The position numbers were made by a program, and so were the translations under genes. From positions 1-40,705 of IMG/VR virus record IMGVR_UViG_3300027007_000032: DNA of 40,705 bases. One strand, written 5' to 3'. A model generated the notes under the pieces. The model did not search any database. It was given only the letters and a program-made list of their open reading frames with translations, and was not told the DNA's origin. The DNA is from a virus (Duplodnaviria; Caudoviricetes). This document shows positions 9,056 through 18,199 of the stretch, piece after piece. Position 1 is the stretch's first letter, and every line of letters begins with the position of its first letter.

Positions 9056-11014
9056 ATGTCAGATTCAGACAATAGCGCAAAGGTCAACGTCGAGGGTATC
9101 GGCGGCAACACCACACTCTCGAAGGCCCAGAACAGCCAGCAGTTGGCCGACCGCCGCATCCACACAGTCGGGACGGGCGTCAAGCCGCCCTACCATCCCG
9201 ATCGGCTGGCGTCGTTTCTCGAGCTCAACGAGACGCACGCCACGGCTGTCCGCAAGAAGGCTCGCTACGAGGTGGGCTTCGGCTTCGAGATCGTGCCTCA
9301 TGCAGACGTCGACGCCGAGGAGGCCGACGACCAGGAGCGCACCGTCGCCCGACAGTTCTGGCGCAGCCCGACCTCGCGCTGGGAGACGGGCCCGCATCAG
9401 TCCGCCGAGCCCACGACACCCCACGAGGTGAAGGAACTCGCTCGCCAGGACTACCACTCGGTCGGGTGGTGTGCCCTCGAGATCCTCACCAACATGGAGG
9501 GCCGCCCGATCGGGCTGGCACACGTCCCGGCCAACACGATCCGCGTCCGAAAACCACAGAGTCGCTTCGACAAGCCGCGCCACCCCGAAGAGGGGACGTT
9601 CGTCGGTGCCGAGTCAGCCGACTACGCGAGTCGGGGCTATGTCCAGATCCGGGATGGCCAGCGTCGATACTTCGGCGAGGCGGGCGACCGCTATCGTGGG
9701 ATGGAGCCGACGATCACCGGCGACGGGGACGACGTCCGCGTCACCTACAAACCCGACGGGGAGAGCGATCGCGAGCCCATCTACGTCGATCGGGAGACGG
9801 GCGACATCGCGATCGGTGACGCCGACGGCCTGGACAACGGGCCCGCGAATGAGCTCATCTTCATTCGGAACCCCTCGCCGCTCGAGCAGGACTACGGCGT
9901 CCCGGACTGGGTCAGCGCCATCCGGACGATCGGGGCCGACGAGGCGGCCAAGGACTACAACCGTGAGTTCTTCGACAACGACACGATCCCGCGGTTCGTC
10001 ATCAAGGTGACTGGCGGCGAGCTCACCGAGGAGTCCAAGAACGACCTTCGGCAGATGCTCCACGGCCTTCGCGAGGAGAGTCATCGCGCGGTCATCCTCG
10101 AGGTCGAGAAGTTCCAGGCCCAGCTGGACGAAGACGTCGAGATCGAGCTGGAGCCACTGGGCCAGGGCATCAGCGAGGAGATGGACTTCCGGCTGTTCCG
10201 GGAGAAAAACGAGCACGAGATCGCCAAGGTGCACGAGGTGCCGCCCATCCTCATCGGCGTCACCGAGACATCGAATCGCTCGAACTCCCAGGAGCAGGTC
10301 GCGGACTTCGCGAACAACGTCGTCGCGCCGGAACAGCACAAGTTCGCCCAGCGACTCTACCGGTTGATCCACCAGCAGGCGCTGGGCGTCACCGACTGGA
10401 CGATCGAGTACGAGCTCCGCGGGGCCGACATTCCCAAGGAGGACGCCGACGTCGCCCGGCGGAAGATCCAGGCCGTCCGCGGCGCCATCCCGATCGACCG
10501 GGCCCTGGAGATGATCGGCGAGGAGCCGCTCGACGAGGATCATCCCGTCGACGGGCAGACGCTGGTCGCCGATGTCGGCAGCGACACCCAGCCAGTCGGC
10601 CAGCAACCCGAGTCCGGCGCCGTCGAGCGTGCCGAGGCCGCGCCACCGCCGGGAAACAAGATCGGCGAGCGTGACTGGGACGAGGTCGAGGCTGATCTCG
10701 CCACCAAGGACCCCATCGAACAGACGCAGTTCGACAGCTCGAATCTTGACGAGGGCCTGTACGACTTCGGCACGCAAGAGCTGTTCCTCTCGTTCATCCG
10801 CGAGGACGGCGCCAACTCACTGTACGCCTACGTCGACGTCCCAGCGGCGGAGTGGTCGGGGCTGGTCAACGCTGCGAGCGCTGGCTCCTATCACTATGAC
10901 TCGATCCGGCTGGACTACGCCTACATCGAGATCACGAACTTCCACGACCGGCTGCCCGAGGGCCCCTCGCCCGATCCCGAGGACGTCCCGGAGGGGGTGC
11001 CGTCTGAGATATGA
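9056..11014 (+). CDS. portal protein with C-terminal KTSC-like domain
   Basis: LAHVPANTIR, YGVPDW, FFDNDTIPRFVI, HEVPPILIG portal motifs; C-terminal SSNL..GLYD...Y.Y.DVP...W..L..A.S.GSY....IR. Confidence 0.92.
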   Translation: MSDSDNSAKVNVEGIGGNTTLSKAQNSQQLADRRIHTVGTGVKPPYHPDRLASFLELNETHATAVRKKARYEVGFGFEIVPHADVDAEEADDQERTVARQFWRSPTSRWETGPHQSAEPTTPHEVKELARQDYHSVGWCALEILTNMEGRPIGLAHVPANTIRVRKPQSRFDKPRHPEEGTFVGAESADYASRGYVQIRDGQRRYFGEAGDRYRGMEPTITGDGDDVRVTYKPDGESDREPIYVDRETGDIAIGDADGLDNGPANELIFIRNPSPLEQDYGVPDWVSAIRTIGADEAAKDYNREFFDNDTIPRFVIKVTGGELTEESKNDLRQMLHGLREESHRAVILEVEKFQAQLDEDVEIELEPLGQGISEEMDFRLFREKNEHEIAKVHEVPPILIGVTETSNRSNSQEQVADFANNVVAPEQHKFAQRLYRLIHQQALGVTDWTIEYELRGADIPKEDADVARRKIQAVRGAIPIDRALEMIGEEPLDEDHPVDGQTLVADVGSDTQPVGQQPESGAVERAEAAPPPGNKIGERDWDEVEADLATKDPIEQTQFDSSNLDEGLYDFGTQELFLSFIREDGANSLYAYVDVPAAEWSGLVNAASAGSYHYDSIRLDYAYIEITNFHDRLPEGPSPDPEDVPEGVPSEI

Positions 11015-11196
11015 GCGACCAGCGGAAGCCCAAAATATGGATCGATCACTACGACCTTAACCTCGGTGTCGAAGGCGGGCCCGAGGAAACCCTCGATGAC
11101 GTCCGTGAACACTTCGACGAACTGCTCTCCGATGCTGTCGATCGCGACCCTAAACTGGGCGAGAAAGATGTCGAACCCGACCGGGGCGTCGAGTAG
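11011..11196 (+). CDS. small acidic hypothetical protein
   Basis: ATGA overlap with portal stop. Confidence 0.7.
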   Translation: MSDQRKPKIWIDHYDLNLGVEGGPEETLDDVREHFDELLSDAVDRDPKLGEKDVEPDRGVE

Positions 11197-11200
11197 GCAC

Positions 11201-11244
11201 CGACCGATGATCCAGGGAGCGCCCGACTCCCCTGGTGAGGTTCG
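11201..11244 (+). promoter_or_regulatory. canonical kink-turn hairpin (putative L7Ae site)
   Basis: ACC-GAT-GA-T-CCAGGG...CCCTGG-T-GA-GGT: C-stem, 3-nt bulge, tandem G.A pairs, U.U pair, NC-stem. Confidence 0.5.
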
Positions 11245-11273
11245 ACCGGGTCAGAACGGATTTTCGACCACCT

Positions 11274-11408
11274 ATGACAGACAACAGTGAACGCGGCGAG
11301 AAGCGCGGCGTCCTCTCGACCGGTCGAGCCAAGGCTCTCGACAAAACGAAGGACGCCGACGCTGACGCCGCCGATGACGAAGACGATGTACAGGACGACG
11401 AGGGCTGA
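11274..11408 (+). CDS. 44-aa protein with basic N-half and acidic tail
   Basis: MTDNSERGEKRGVLSTGRAKALDKTKDADADAADDEDDVQDDEG; below the ORF-track cutoff; in frame with the protease. Confidence 0.6.
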   Translation: MTDNSERGEKRGVLSTGRAKALDKTKDADADAADDEDDVQDDEG

Positions 11409-11411
11409 CCC

Positions 11412-12905
11412 ATGCCGCCCGTGACAAAGGCTGGCGGGTCGGCCTTCCGGAAAGACGTCCAGTTCACCACCAAGGACGAAGACGAGCAGCGAGCGGTCGG
11501 CATCGTGATGGTGCCGGACAAGGCCGATCTCCAGCACGACTTCGCTCGTGAGGACACCATCCGGCAGTTCGCCGACCAGTTCGCCAACTTCGTCGACGCC
11601 GGCGAAGGTGACGGCGGCATCATGCACGCCGCCTGGCCCTCCGAGTGGATGCACCTCGAGCGCAACGAGGTCCTCGACGAGACGCAGGAGATCGGCGGGA
11701 CCACCGCCCCCGAGGGCGCGTGGGTCCAGGAGTGGCAGTTCGATGATGACGACCTCTGGTCGCTCGTCGACGACGGCATCCTGGAGGGCTACTCGATCGG
11801 CGCGGTCAACGTCGACTGGAACGGCCCGTACGACCAGGGCGACGAAGCCGTCGACGACGTCGCCGTCCCGAACGACCTCGACGAGGAGGCACTGATCTGG
11901 GAGCTCACCGAGGGGCTCATCCGCGAGGTCAGTGCCGTCGACATCCCTGCCGTTCCGGACGCCCAGATCCTCGACACCAAGGCCGACGCCGAGAAGCGCC
12001 TGGCCGAGCACCTGGGCAACCGCGACGGATTCATCGACGAGGCGATGGAGCGCGGCCACAGCGAGGCCGAGGCCGAACGCCTCTGGGACGTCCTCAACGA
12101 AGCGATCGACATCGAGGGCGCCGGCGACCCAGGCAAAGACTCCCTCCTCGAGCGCGTGGGCAAGGCGGCGGTGTCGGTTCTGTCCGGCGGCGAGTCGGAT
12201 GGGGCTGCGGAGTCGCCCGACGACCCCGCCCGTGAGAAGGCTGGCCGGACGCTGTCGACGTCCAACCGCGAGTCGATCATGGCGTCGATCGATGCCGGCC
12301 TGGACGTCCTCGAAGACTCGGGGATGGACCACGGCATGACGCGCTTCACCGATCGCGACGACGTCGACTTCGACCTCTCCGAGCACGACGCTCGCGAGTG
12401 GGCGGGCGATCACGACGACGATGATGATGATGGTGACGACGAGGAGGACGACGAGGAATCGACAACCGAGAACGCAACCGGCGGCGAGACGCCGGACTCC
12501 ACAGACATGAGCAACGATCCCACCGACGATGGCGACTCCGATGCGAAGGAACTCGCCGAACAGAACGCAGAACAGATCGACGAACTGACCGACGCCGTCA
12601 AGAGCCTCACCGAGGCCGTCGAGGCCGACGACCCGGACGCTGACAAGACCGCCGAGGTCGAGCTCCCTGACGGCAGCGTCGCGGAGGTCTCCAAAGAGGA
12701 GGCCCTGAGCTGGTTCGAGGACGACGAAGATGGATCCAGCAAAGGCGGCAGCACCGAGGCCGCCGCCACCAAGGCCGACATCGAGGCGCTGCACGCGCGC
12801 CTCGACGCGATCTCGCGCGAGGCAGCCGGCAGCCAGCAGCTTGACCAGGGCGACGGCGACAGCGACGACGGCGGACTCGGCGACCTGGGCAAGGCCCTCT
12901 CCTGA
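11412..12905 (+). CDS. prohead protease (XkdF-like) fused to acidic scaffold region
   Basis: GIVMVPDKADLQHD, MHAAW (His), GYSIG (Ser), EVSAVDIPAVPDA; lies between portal and capsid genes. Confidence 0.88.
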   Translation: MPPVTKAGGSAFRKDVQFTTKDEDEQRAVGIVMVPDKADLQHDFAREDTIRQFADQFANFVDAGEGDGGIMHAAWPSEWMHLERNEVLDETQEIGGTTAPEGAWVQEWQFDDDDLWSLVDDGILEGYSIGAVNVDWNGPYDQGDEAVDDVAVPNDLDEEALIWELTEGLIREVSAVDIPAVPDAQILDTKADAEKRLAEHLGNRDGFIDEAMERGHSEAEAERLWDVLNEAIDIEGAGDPGKDSLLERVGKAAVSVLSGGESDGAAESPDDPAREKAGRTLSTSNRESIMASIDAGLDVLEDSGMDHGMTRFTDRDDVDFDLSEHDAREWAGDHDDDDDDGDDEEDDEESTTENATGGETPDSTDMSNDPTDDGDSDAKELAEQNAEQIDELTDAVKSLTEAVEADDPDADKTAEVELPDGSVAEVSKEEALSWFEDDEDGSSKGGSTEAAATKADIEALHARLDAISREAAGSQQLDQGDGDSDDGGLGDLGKALS

Positions 12906-12916
12906 GGTGACTATAC

Positions 12917-13963
12917 ATGAGCACTAACACCATCGACGCAGTCCGACGCCAGAACGAACTCGCAGGGACGTCCCACAAGGATGTCGACCTCGCAACGCTG
13001 GACGGCTTCCAGCTTCCGGTCGACGTCACCGAGGAGTTCCTCGAGCGGATGCAGAAGCAGATCAACATCCTCGGGATGGCCGACACGATGACCATCCCGC
13101 GCCTGGAGATGGAGGTCCCGCAGTTCGGGGTCCCCCAGCTCTCGGGCCAGCAGCGCAACGAAGAAGGGTCGCGAACGAGCAACTCCGCGGTCGACTCGGG
13201 GTACGTCAAGTTCAACGCGACGGACAAGCAGTACTACATCCTCGTCGAGCCGACGCGCGACGCCCTCAAGAACACCCACTACGGCCCGGACCAGTTCGGC
13301 GACTACATCGTCGATCAGTTCGTCCAGCGGTGGGGCAACGACATCGGGCTGATCGGCATCCGCGCCAACGCCGACACCGGCAACCTCCAGTCGTCGTTCT
13401 CGGCGGTCACCTCTTCGACGCTCGACGACACCTGGAACGGCTGGATCGCGATCGCCGAGGGCGAGGACGGCGCGTCCGATCGGATCGGCCTCGAGGAGAC
13501 GGCCGGCGGCCAGCTCTCGACGATGCCGGTCTACGACCAGGCGTCGGCGGCGCCGGACACGCAGATGTTCAACGAGGCGATCCAGACGCTGGACTCCCGC
13601 TATCGCAACAGCAACGACGTCGACCCGGTCTTCATGATGTCGCCGGACAAGCTCCAGGAGTACGTCTTCTCGCTGACCGAGCGCGAAGATCCCCTGGGCT
13701 CGGCGGTCGTCTTCGGCGACAGCGACATCACGCCGTTCAGCTACGACGTCGTCGGTGTCAACGGCTGGCCGGACTCCTACGGGATGTTCACTGATCCCGA
13801 GAACCTCAAGTTCGGGCTCTACGAGGAGATGGAGCTCGACCAGACCACCGACACCGACAAGGTCCACGAGGACCGCCTCCACTCGCGCAACTGGCTCGAA
13901 GGCCAGTTCGATTTCCAGATCGCGGAGCTCCAGGCAGGCACGCTCATCACGAACATCGGGTGA
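12917..13963 (+). CDS. major capsid protein (HK97 fold)
   Basis: GAGGTGA RBS; position; size; GFQLP...FLERMQ and FTDPENLKFG patterns typical of HK97-type capsids. Confidence 0.88.
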   Translation: MSTNTIDAVRRQNELAGTSHKDVDLATLDGFQLPVDVTEEFLERMQKQINILGMADTMTIPRLEMEVPQFGVPQLSGQQRNEEGSRTSNSAVDSGYVKFNATDKQYYILVEPTRDALKNTHYGPDQFGDYIVDQFVQRWGNDIGLIGIRANADTGNLQSSFSAVTSSTLDDTWNGWIAIAEGEDGASDRIGLEETAGGQLSTMPVYDQASAAPDTQMFNEAIQTLDSRYRNSNDVDPVFMMSPDKLQEYVFSLTEREDPLGSAVVFGDSDITPFSYDVVGVNGWPDSYGMFTDPENLKFGLYEEMELDQTTDTDKVHEDRLHSRNWLEGQFDFQIAELQAGTLITNIG

Positions 13964-13969
13964 TCTCCG

Positions 13970-14329
13970 ATGACTGAGCCCACCACGAACGCCCGGGTCC
14001 GCGACTACTTCGAGGGCAGTGACGGGTCCTACGCCGAGACGCTGTCGCCCGCAAACGGCGCGGCCGTCGCCCCCAGCGAAGACACACGGACGGCTGTCAT
14101 CAACCCCGACGGGACGAACACCCTCGACCTCTCGAACAACGAACGGCAGGGGCACCTCGTCACGATCGTCCACAACGGCGGCGCGAACACGCCGACCCTG
14201 TCGTTCGACGATGCCGACTTCGTCGGGACCGGGCCGAGTAACATCACCAGCGCCGGCGCGACAGCGACACTCCTCAACACGGACGGCACGGCCAGTGGCT
14301 GGGTCGTCGTCGCGACCGGGAGTGCCTGA
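13970..14329 (+). CDS. putative minor capsid/decoration protein
   Basis: Beta-rich, T/G/A-rich, ends GWVVV; follows capsid gene. Confidence 0.6.
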   Translation: MTEPTTNARVRDYFEGSDGSYAETLSPANGAAVAPSEDTRTAVINPDGTNTLDLSNNERQGHLVTIVHNGGANTPTLSFDDADFVGTGPSNITSAGATATLLNTDGTASGWVVVATGSA

Positions 14330-14331
14330 TC

Positions 14332-14685
14332 ATGCCGGTCGTTGAGAAGACGTCCGGCGGGACGGTCCGGGTACGCGGCATCGGCGAGTTCGCGCCCGGA
14401 GATCGCGCCGAGGTGTCGACCGCTGACGCCCAGTACCTCGTCGAGGAGCGCGGCGACTTCGAGCTCGTCGACGACGGCAGCGAAGATGCGGACGACGTCG
14501 TCACTGCCTATGCCTTCCCCGATGGCGACGAGCTCAGCGACCTCACAGTCGGCGAAGTCCAGGACCGACTCGCGACGGGCAGTTACGACCACGTCCTCGA
14601 CGAGATCGAGAGTGCCGAGACGCACGGCAAAGACCGAACGACCGTCCACGAAGCGATTGAGACACGGCGATCTGGAGGACACTGA
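14332..14685 (+). CDS. hypothetical head-module protein
   Basis: C-terminal helical motif LTVGEVQDRL...E...KDRTTVHEAI. Confidence 0.7.
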   Translation: MPVVEKTSGGTVRVRGIGEFAPGDRAEVSTADAQYLVEERGDFELVDDGSEDADDVVTAYAFPDGDELSDLTVGEVQDRLATGSYDHVLDEIESAETHGKDRTTVHEAIETRRSGGH

Positions 14686-14688
14686 CTC

Positions 14689-14988
14689 GTGCCACCCGAG
14701 ACCGAGGAGACGATCGACATCGACAACAGCGGCAACGCTGTCGCCCTGGAGCTGGCCGGCCACGCGTTCGTGTCGGTCCACATCCGAGCCGACGCCACGG
14801 CCGAGTACAAGTGGGACGTCCGCAAGCGTGGAGGGTCGTGGATCGAGGACGCTGGCACGACCTACAGCGGCAGTGCGGACCATGACGACGACGTCGAAAC
14901 AGCAGCCCACGAGGTGCGGATCCGCTGTTCGAGTGGGACAGGTGGCAACGGCGACCAGGCAACGATCACGCTGATGACTGGAGGGTGA
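14689..14988 (+). CDS. putative virion protein (small beta-sandwich)
   Basis: GGAGG RBS, GTG start, operon position. Confidence 0.65.
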   Translation: MPPETEETIDIDNSGNAVALELAGHAFVSVHIRADATAEYKWDVRKRGGSWIEDAGTTYSGSADHDDDVETAAHEVRIRCSSGTGGNGDQATITLMTGG

Positions 14989-14989
14989 G

Positions 14990-16300
14990 ATGGTCTCGAG
15001 TAAACTGGACGGTCAGACCGTCTCGGATGTGCTGGCCGAATCGTTTTTCGGCCCGCTGAATCTCAACAACGCGATCCGAACCGAGGAGGTCACTGTTCAG
15101 TTCGAGAACAACTCCCAGTCCGATACCAAGCTTCGAAACGTCAAACCCGGCGACGCAAGTGTCGCCTTTGCCGCTGGGCGATTCGAGGTGACGACCACTG
15201 CTACTGGAACGGACACGCAAGCCCTGGAGACGGCCAGCATCGGCGAGTACGCTGCCGGCCTCCCTGGCGGAATCGGCATGGAGGTCGAGAAAGAGTCCGA
15301 CCCAGTCGGCCTCGCCGAATGGGGTTACGGCGGTGATGCGTTCGCCGATGGGTTTCGCTGGCAGCTCCAGAGCGACGGCTCGTACGCCGTGGTCCGCCAG
15401 AAGGGTGGTGTCGACACCACAATCCCACGTTCGCTGTGGGGTTCGACAACCGACCGCGAGATCGTCAAGGACGAGAACGACAACGTCGTCGGCGTCGTGA
15501 CCGGCTTCGACAAACTGGACGGTAACGGGCCCAGCGAGGCAGATATATCGACGCCGGTTCTTGGACTGTTCGGCTTCGACTTCGTGCTGTACGGTGGTGG
15601 CGGGTTCGCGCCGTGGTTCGTCGATCTGACGGCTCAAGGTGCTGTCGAAAAGCTCTACCCGTTCGTCTTTCATCCCACGACCGAGAACGTCCTCGAACAG
15701 TTCAACCAACCCATCTTCGCAAAGTTGGACAACGACGGGACGGCAACGGCAGACTCGCTGTTCGTGACGGAGCGACAGTTCAGTCGCTTCGGAACCAACA
15801 AGGGGCCTGAGCGCGGCACCCAACACTGTTTCGACCTCGAAAAGACGGCCGGGTCGCCGACTTGTCTGGTGGGTATCCGCCGGGCAGATAGTGGCGGCGG
15901 GACTCGGCTGGACGTCCTGGACGTCATCCTCTCAGTCGACAACACTGCTCACGTCTGGTTCATCGTCGACCCAGACGTCACCGCCAACGGTGGCGACGCC
16001 AACTGGTCGCGCCCCGATCGCGACTTCGACGGAACGACCACGCCAGCCGACGAAACGAAAATCGAGGTCAACGAGAGTCTGGAGGTCGACGCCACGACAG
16101 GCATCGGCCTTGACGGCGATGTCGTCCAAGCCACCAGTAGCGGCGGCCCGCCAGGTGGCCGTGTTCAGCCCACCACCACCAGCTTCCGATCCTCACCGTT
16201 TATCCGCGACCGGCCTGTCGCAGTGATGATCGAACCGTTTGCAGGTGGCAGTGCACCCACCGACGAGGAGGGTGTCGTCAACGTCAACGAGGGATTCTGA
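14990..16300 (+). CDS. putative virion fibre/lectin-like structural protein
   Basis: Beta-rich 436 aa; EWGY, DKLDGNGPS and FVLYGGG motifs resemble a bacteriophage structural family. Confidence 0.6.
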   Translation: MVSSKLDGQTVSDVLAESFFGPLNLNNAIRTEEVTVQFENNSQSDTKLRNVKPGDASVAFAAGRFEVTTTATGTDTQALETASIGEYAAGLPGGIGMEVEKESDPVGLAEWGYGGDAFADGFRWQLQSDGSYAVVRQKGGVDTTIPRSLWGSTTDREIVKDENDNVVGVVTGFDKLDGNGPSEADISTPVLGLFGFDFVLYGGGGFAPWFVDLTAQGAVEKLYPFVFHPTTENVLEQFNQPIFAKLDNDGTATADSLFVTERQFSRFGTNKGPERGTQHCFDLEKTAGSPTCLVGIRRADSGGGTRLDVLDVILSVDNTAHVWFIVDPDVTANGGDANWSRPDRDFDGTTTPADETKIEVNESLEVDATTGIGLDGDVVQATSSGGPPGGRVQPTTTSFRSSPFIRDRPVAVMIEPFAGGSAPTDEEGVVNVNEGF

Positions 16301-16301
16301 C

Positions 16302-17201
16302 ATGACTGAAGGCTACTGCACGATCGCGGACGTCCGCCGGGCGCTTCGGAAGGCCAACCTCCCGGGTGACGTCGACGCCGACAATGACATCGCTGTCGAC
16401 GCGATCACGGCGTGGACCGAGCCCTTGGAGAAGACGCTCGATCGGCACTGGTACGCCGAGGATGGTGACGACATCCTCGACGAGGCCTCGGCGGTCACGA
16501 TCCCACAGTCGACGAAGACCCGCGACGACGAGCACGATATCCCTACTCACGGCGGGCTGGTCCACGGCGCCAGCGAGCAGGAGCGCTATCGCTTCCGGAA
16601 GAACAGCGACGCGCTGCTGGAGTCAGGCCCCCGCTACGAACGCCGGCGTCGATCCTATCGTGACCCCAAGCGCGAGATCCGCATCGCGACCGGCGATGCA
16701 CAGTCACTCGAGCCGCCGGTCGACGACACCACACCCGCCTACACGCGGATCACGATGGCTCGAAAAGATGTCGACGCGCTGAACCAGCTGCTGGTGATCA
16801 ACGCCGATGGCGGCTACGACGACTGGGTCGACAGCAACGACTACGACGGCGGTGTCGGCCTGACAAACCGCGGGAAGGACTACTGGGTCCGACTCAACAA
16901 CGGCGGCGTCTCGGAGCTGTACTTGGACGTCCACGCGATGGCCGACGAGATCGCGTCGCTCTCGAACGCGGTGTACGTCGACTTCGACTACGGTCACGCC
17001 GGCATCCCGAGCAACGTCCGCCGTGGCGTCGCCTCACTCGCTGCGGCCGCGCTCGTCGAGGAGGCTGTCATCGAGATCCCGACTAACGCCACGCTGTACA
17101 ACGTCGAGACGAAAGCCGAAGAGCTGCGCGGGTACGCCGAGGAACACCTCGGGACGTACCTGCGAGACACTGACGAGTCGCTGCTGGAGGCGCTGACGTG
17201 A
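16302..17201 (+). CDS. head-tail adaptor protein
   Basis: N-terminal YCTIADVR and C-terminal YGHAGIPSNVRRGVASLAA (gp6/gp15-like); start reassigned to MTEGY. Confidence 0.8.
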   Translation: MTEGYCTIADVRRALRKANLPGDVDADNDIAVDAITAWTEPLEKTLDRHWYAEDGDDILDEASAVTIPQSTKTRDDEHDIPTHGGLVHGASEQERYRFRKNSDALLESGPRYERRRRSYRDPKREIRIATGDAQSLEPPVDDTTPAYTRITMARKDVDALNQLLVINADGGYDDWVDSNDYDGGVGLTNRGKDYWVRLNNGGVSELYLDVHAMADEIASLSNAVYVDFDYGHAGIPSNVRRGVASLAAAALVEEAVIEIPTNATLYNVETKAEELRGYAEEHLGTYLRDTDESLLEALT

Positions 17202-17692
17202 CGACCCTCTCGACCACCTTCGAAGGTGACCTGCGCGAGGCGCTCCTGGACGACGTCGAGACGACGCTGGTCGGCGAAGAGGCTAACCTCATCTTCGAGT
17301 TCATCGAGCTGGTCCACGCGAACCTCCGCGCCTATGGCCGCCGCCACGGCTATTCGGTCGAGTCGACGATCGAGTCGCTGGGCACGCCCCGAGTCCAGCG
17401 AACCGACAACTGCGTGACTGTTCGCGTCGGCTGGACGTCCGAGCAGATGGCGCGCTGGGAGTTCGGCGTCAGCCCGCACACGATCAACGGAAAGCCCGTA
17501 TTGTCGTTCGTCTGGAGTGGTGAGAACGTCCCCGAGTGGGTCAAAGAGGAGTTCGAACAGGCCCGTGGGTCAGGCGGCCAGTTCCAGAAGGGCTGGCGCG
17601 TGTTCTTCCCCGAGGTCGAACACCCGGGTATCCCCGAATCCCGAGCGATCCGCGACTCAATCCGTGGGCTCCGCCGGATCCTGGAGGCCTGA
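17198..17692 (+). CDS. neck/tail-completion protein (HK97 gp10-like)
   Basis: WEFGVSPHTI...V.HPG..ESRAIRDS. Confidence 0.7.
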   Translation: MTTLSTTFEGDLREALLDDVETTLVGEEANLIFEFIELVHANLRAYGRRHGYSVESTIESLGTPRVQRTDNCVTVRVGWTSEQMARWEFGVSPHTINGKPVLSFVWSGENVPEWVKEEFEQARGSGGQFQKGWRVFFPEVEHPGIPESRAIRDSIRGLRRILEA

Positions 17693-17695
17693 CAG

Positions 17696-18199
17696 ATGCT
17701 GGATCTCACTACCCACGTGCTGTCCGTCCTGGACGCCTGGGATACGAACAACTACAGCCCGAAGCCCGCGCTCATCAACAAGAACGACGCCGCCTTCTAC
17801 GCCAACGCGCCCGGGAACTACTCAGCCGGTGACCGGACGAAAGACTTCGATCACACCCAGGCGTCGATTATCAAGGTCGGCAACGGCCCCGATCGCCAGC
17901 AGACGCCGATCGGCACCGAGTACGACTACGACGTCGAAGACGCCGTCGGCGTGACGATCCAGGCGGTCCACGAAGACGAGCACGGCGACATCGCCGACCA
18001 CGCAGAGTTCCTGTCGCTCGTCGATGAGGCGCGGCGGTTGATCCAGGCCGATCGCGAGTTCCCACTCGACCAGGGCGATGAGTACTACCCCTCGCTACAG
18101 GTTGATCTCGAGAGCGACAACTCAGACGAGTACATGGACTTCTACGAGTACACCTTCGACGTCACCTTCGACGGTTACGAGGAGTTGTCCTCAGTATGA
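17696..18199 (+). CDS. putative tail terminator
   Basis: Position and size in the neck module. Confidence 0.55.
   Translation: MLDLTTHVLSVLDAWDTNNYSPKPALINKNDAAFYANAPGNYSAGDRTKDFDHTQASIIKVGNGPDRQQTPIGTEYDYDVEDAVGVTIQAVHEDEHGDIADHAEFLSLVDEARRLIQADREFPLDQGDEYYPSLQVDLESDNSDEYMDFYEYTFDVTFDGYEELSSV

Noticed and set aside
12410-12460. GAC/GAT trinucleotide run, and GGC/GGT runs at ~20957-21015
   Set aside because: Low-complexity coding for poly-Asp and poly-Gly linkers
3310-12794. Long antisense ORFs (e.g. 3310-4752, 7169-8941, 11049-12794) and R/S/P/T-rich alternate-frame ORFs
   Set aside because: Shadow frames of high-GC acidic genes; no motifs; fully overlap confident CDSs
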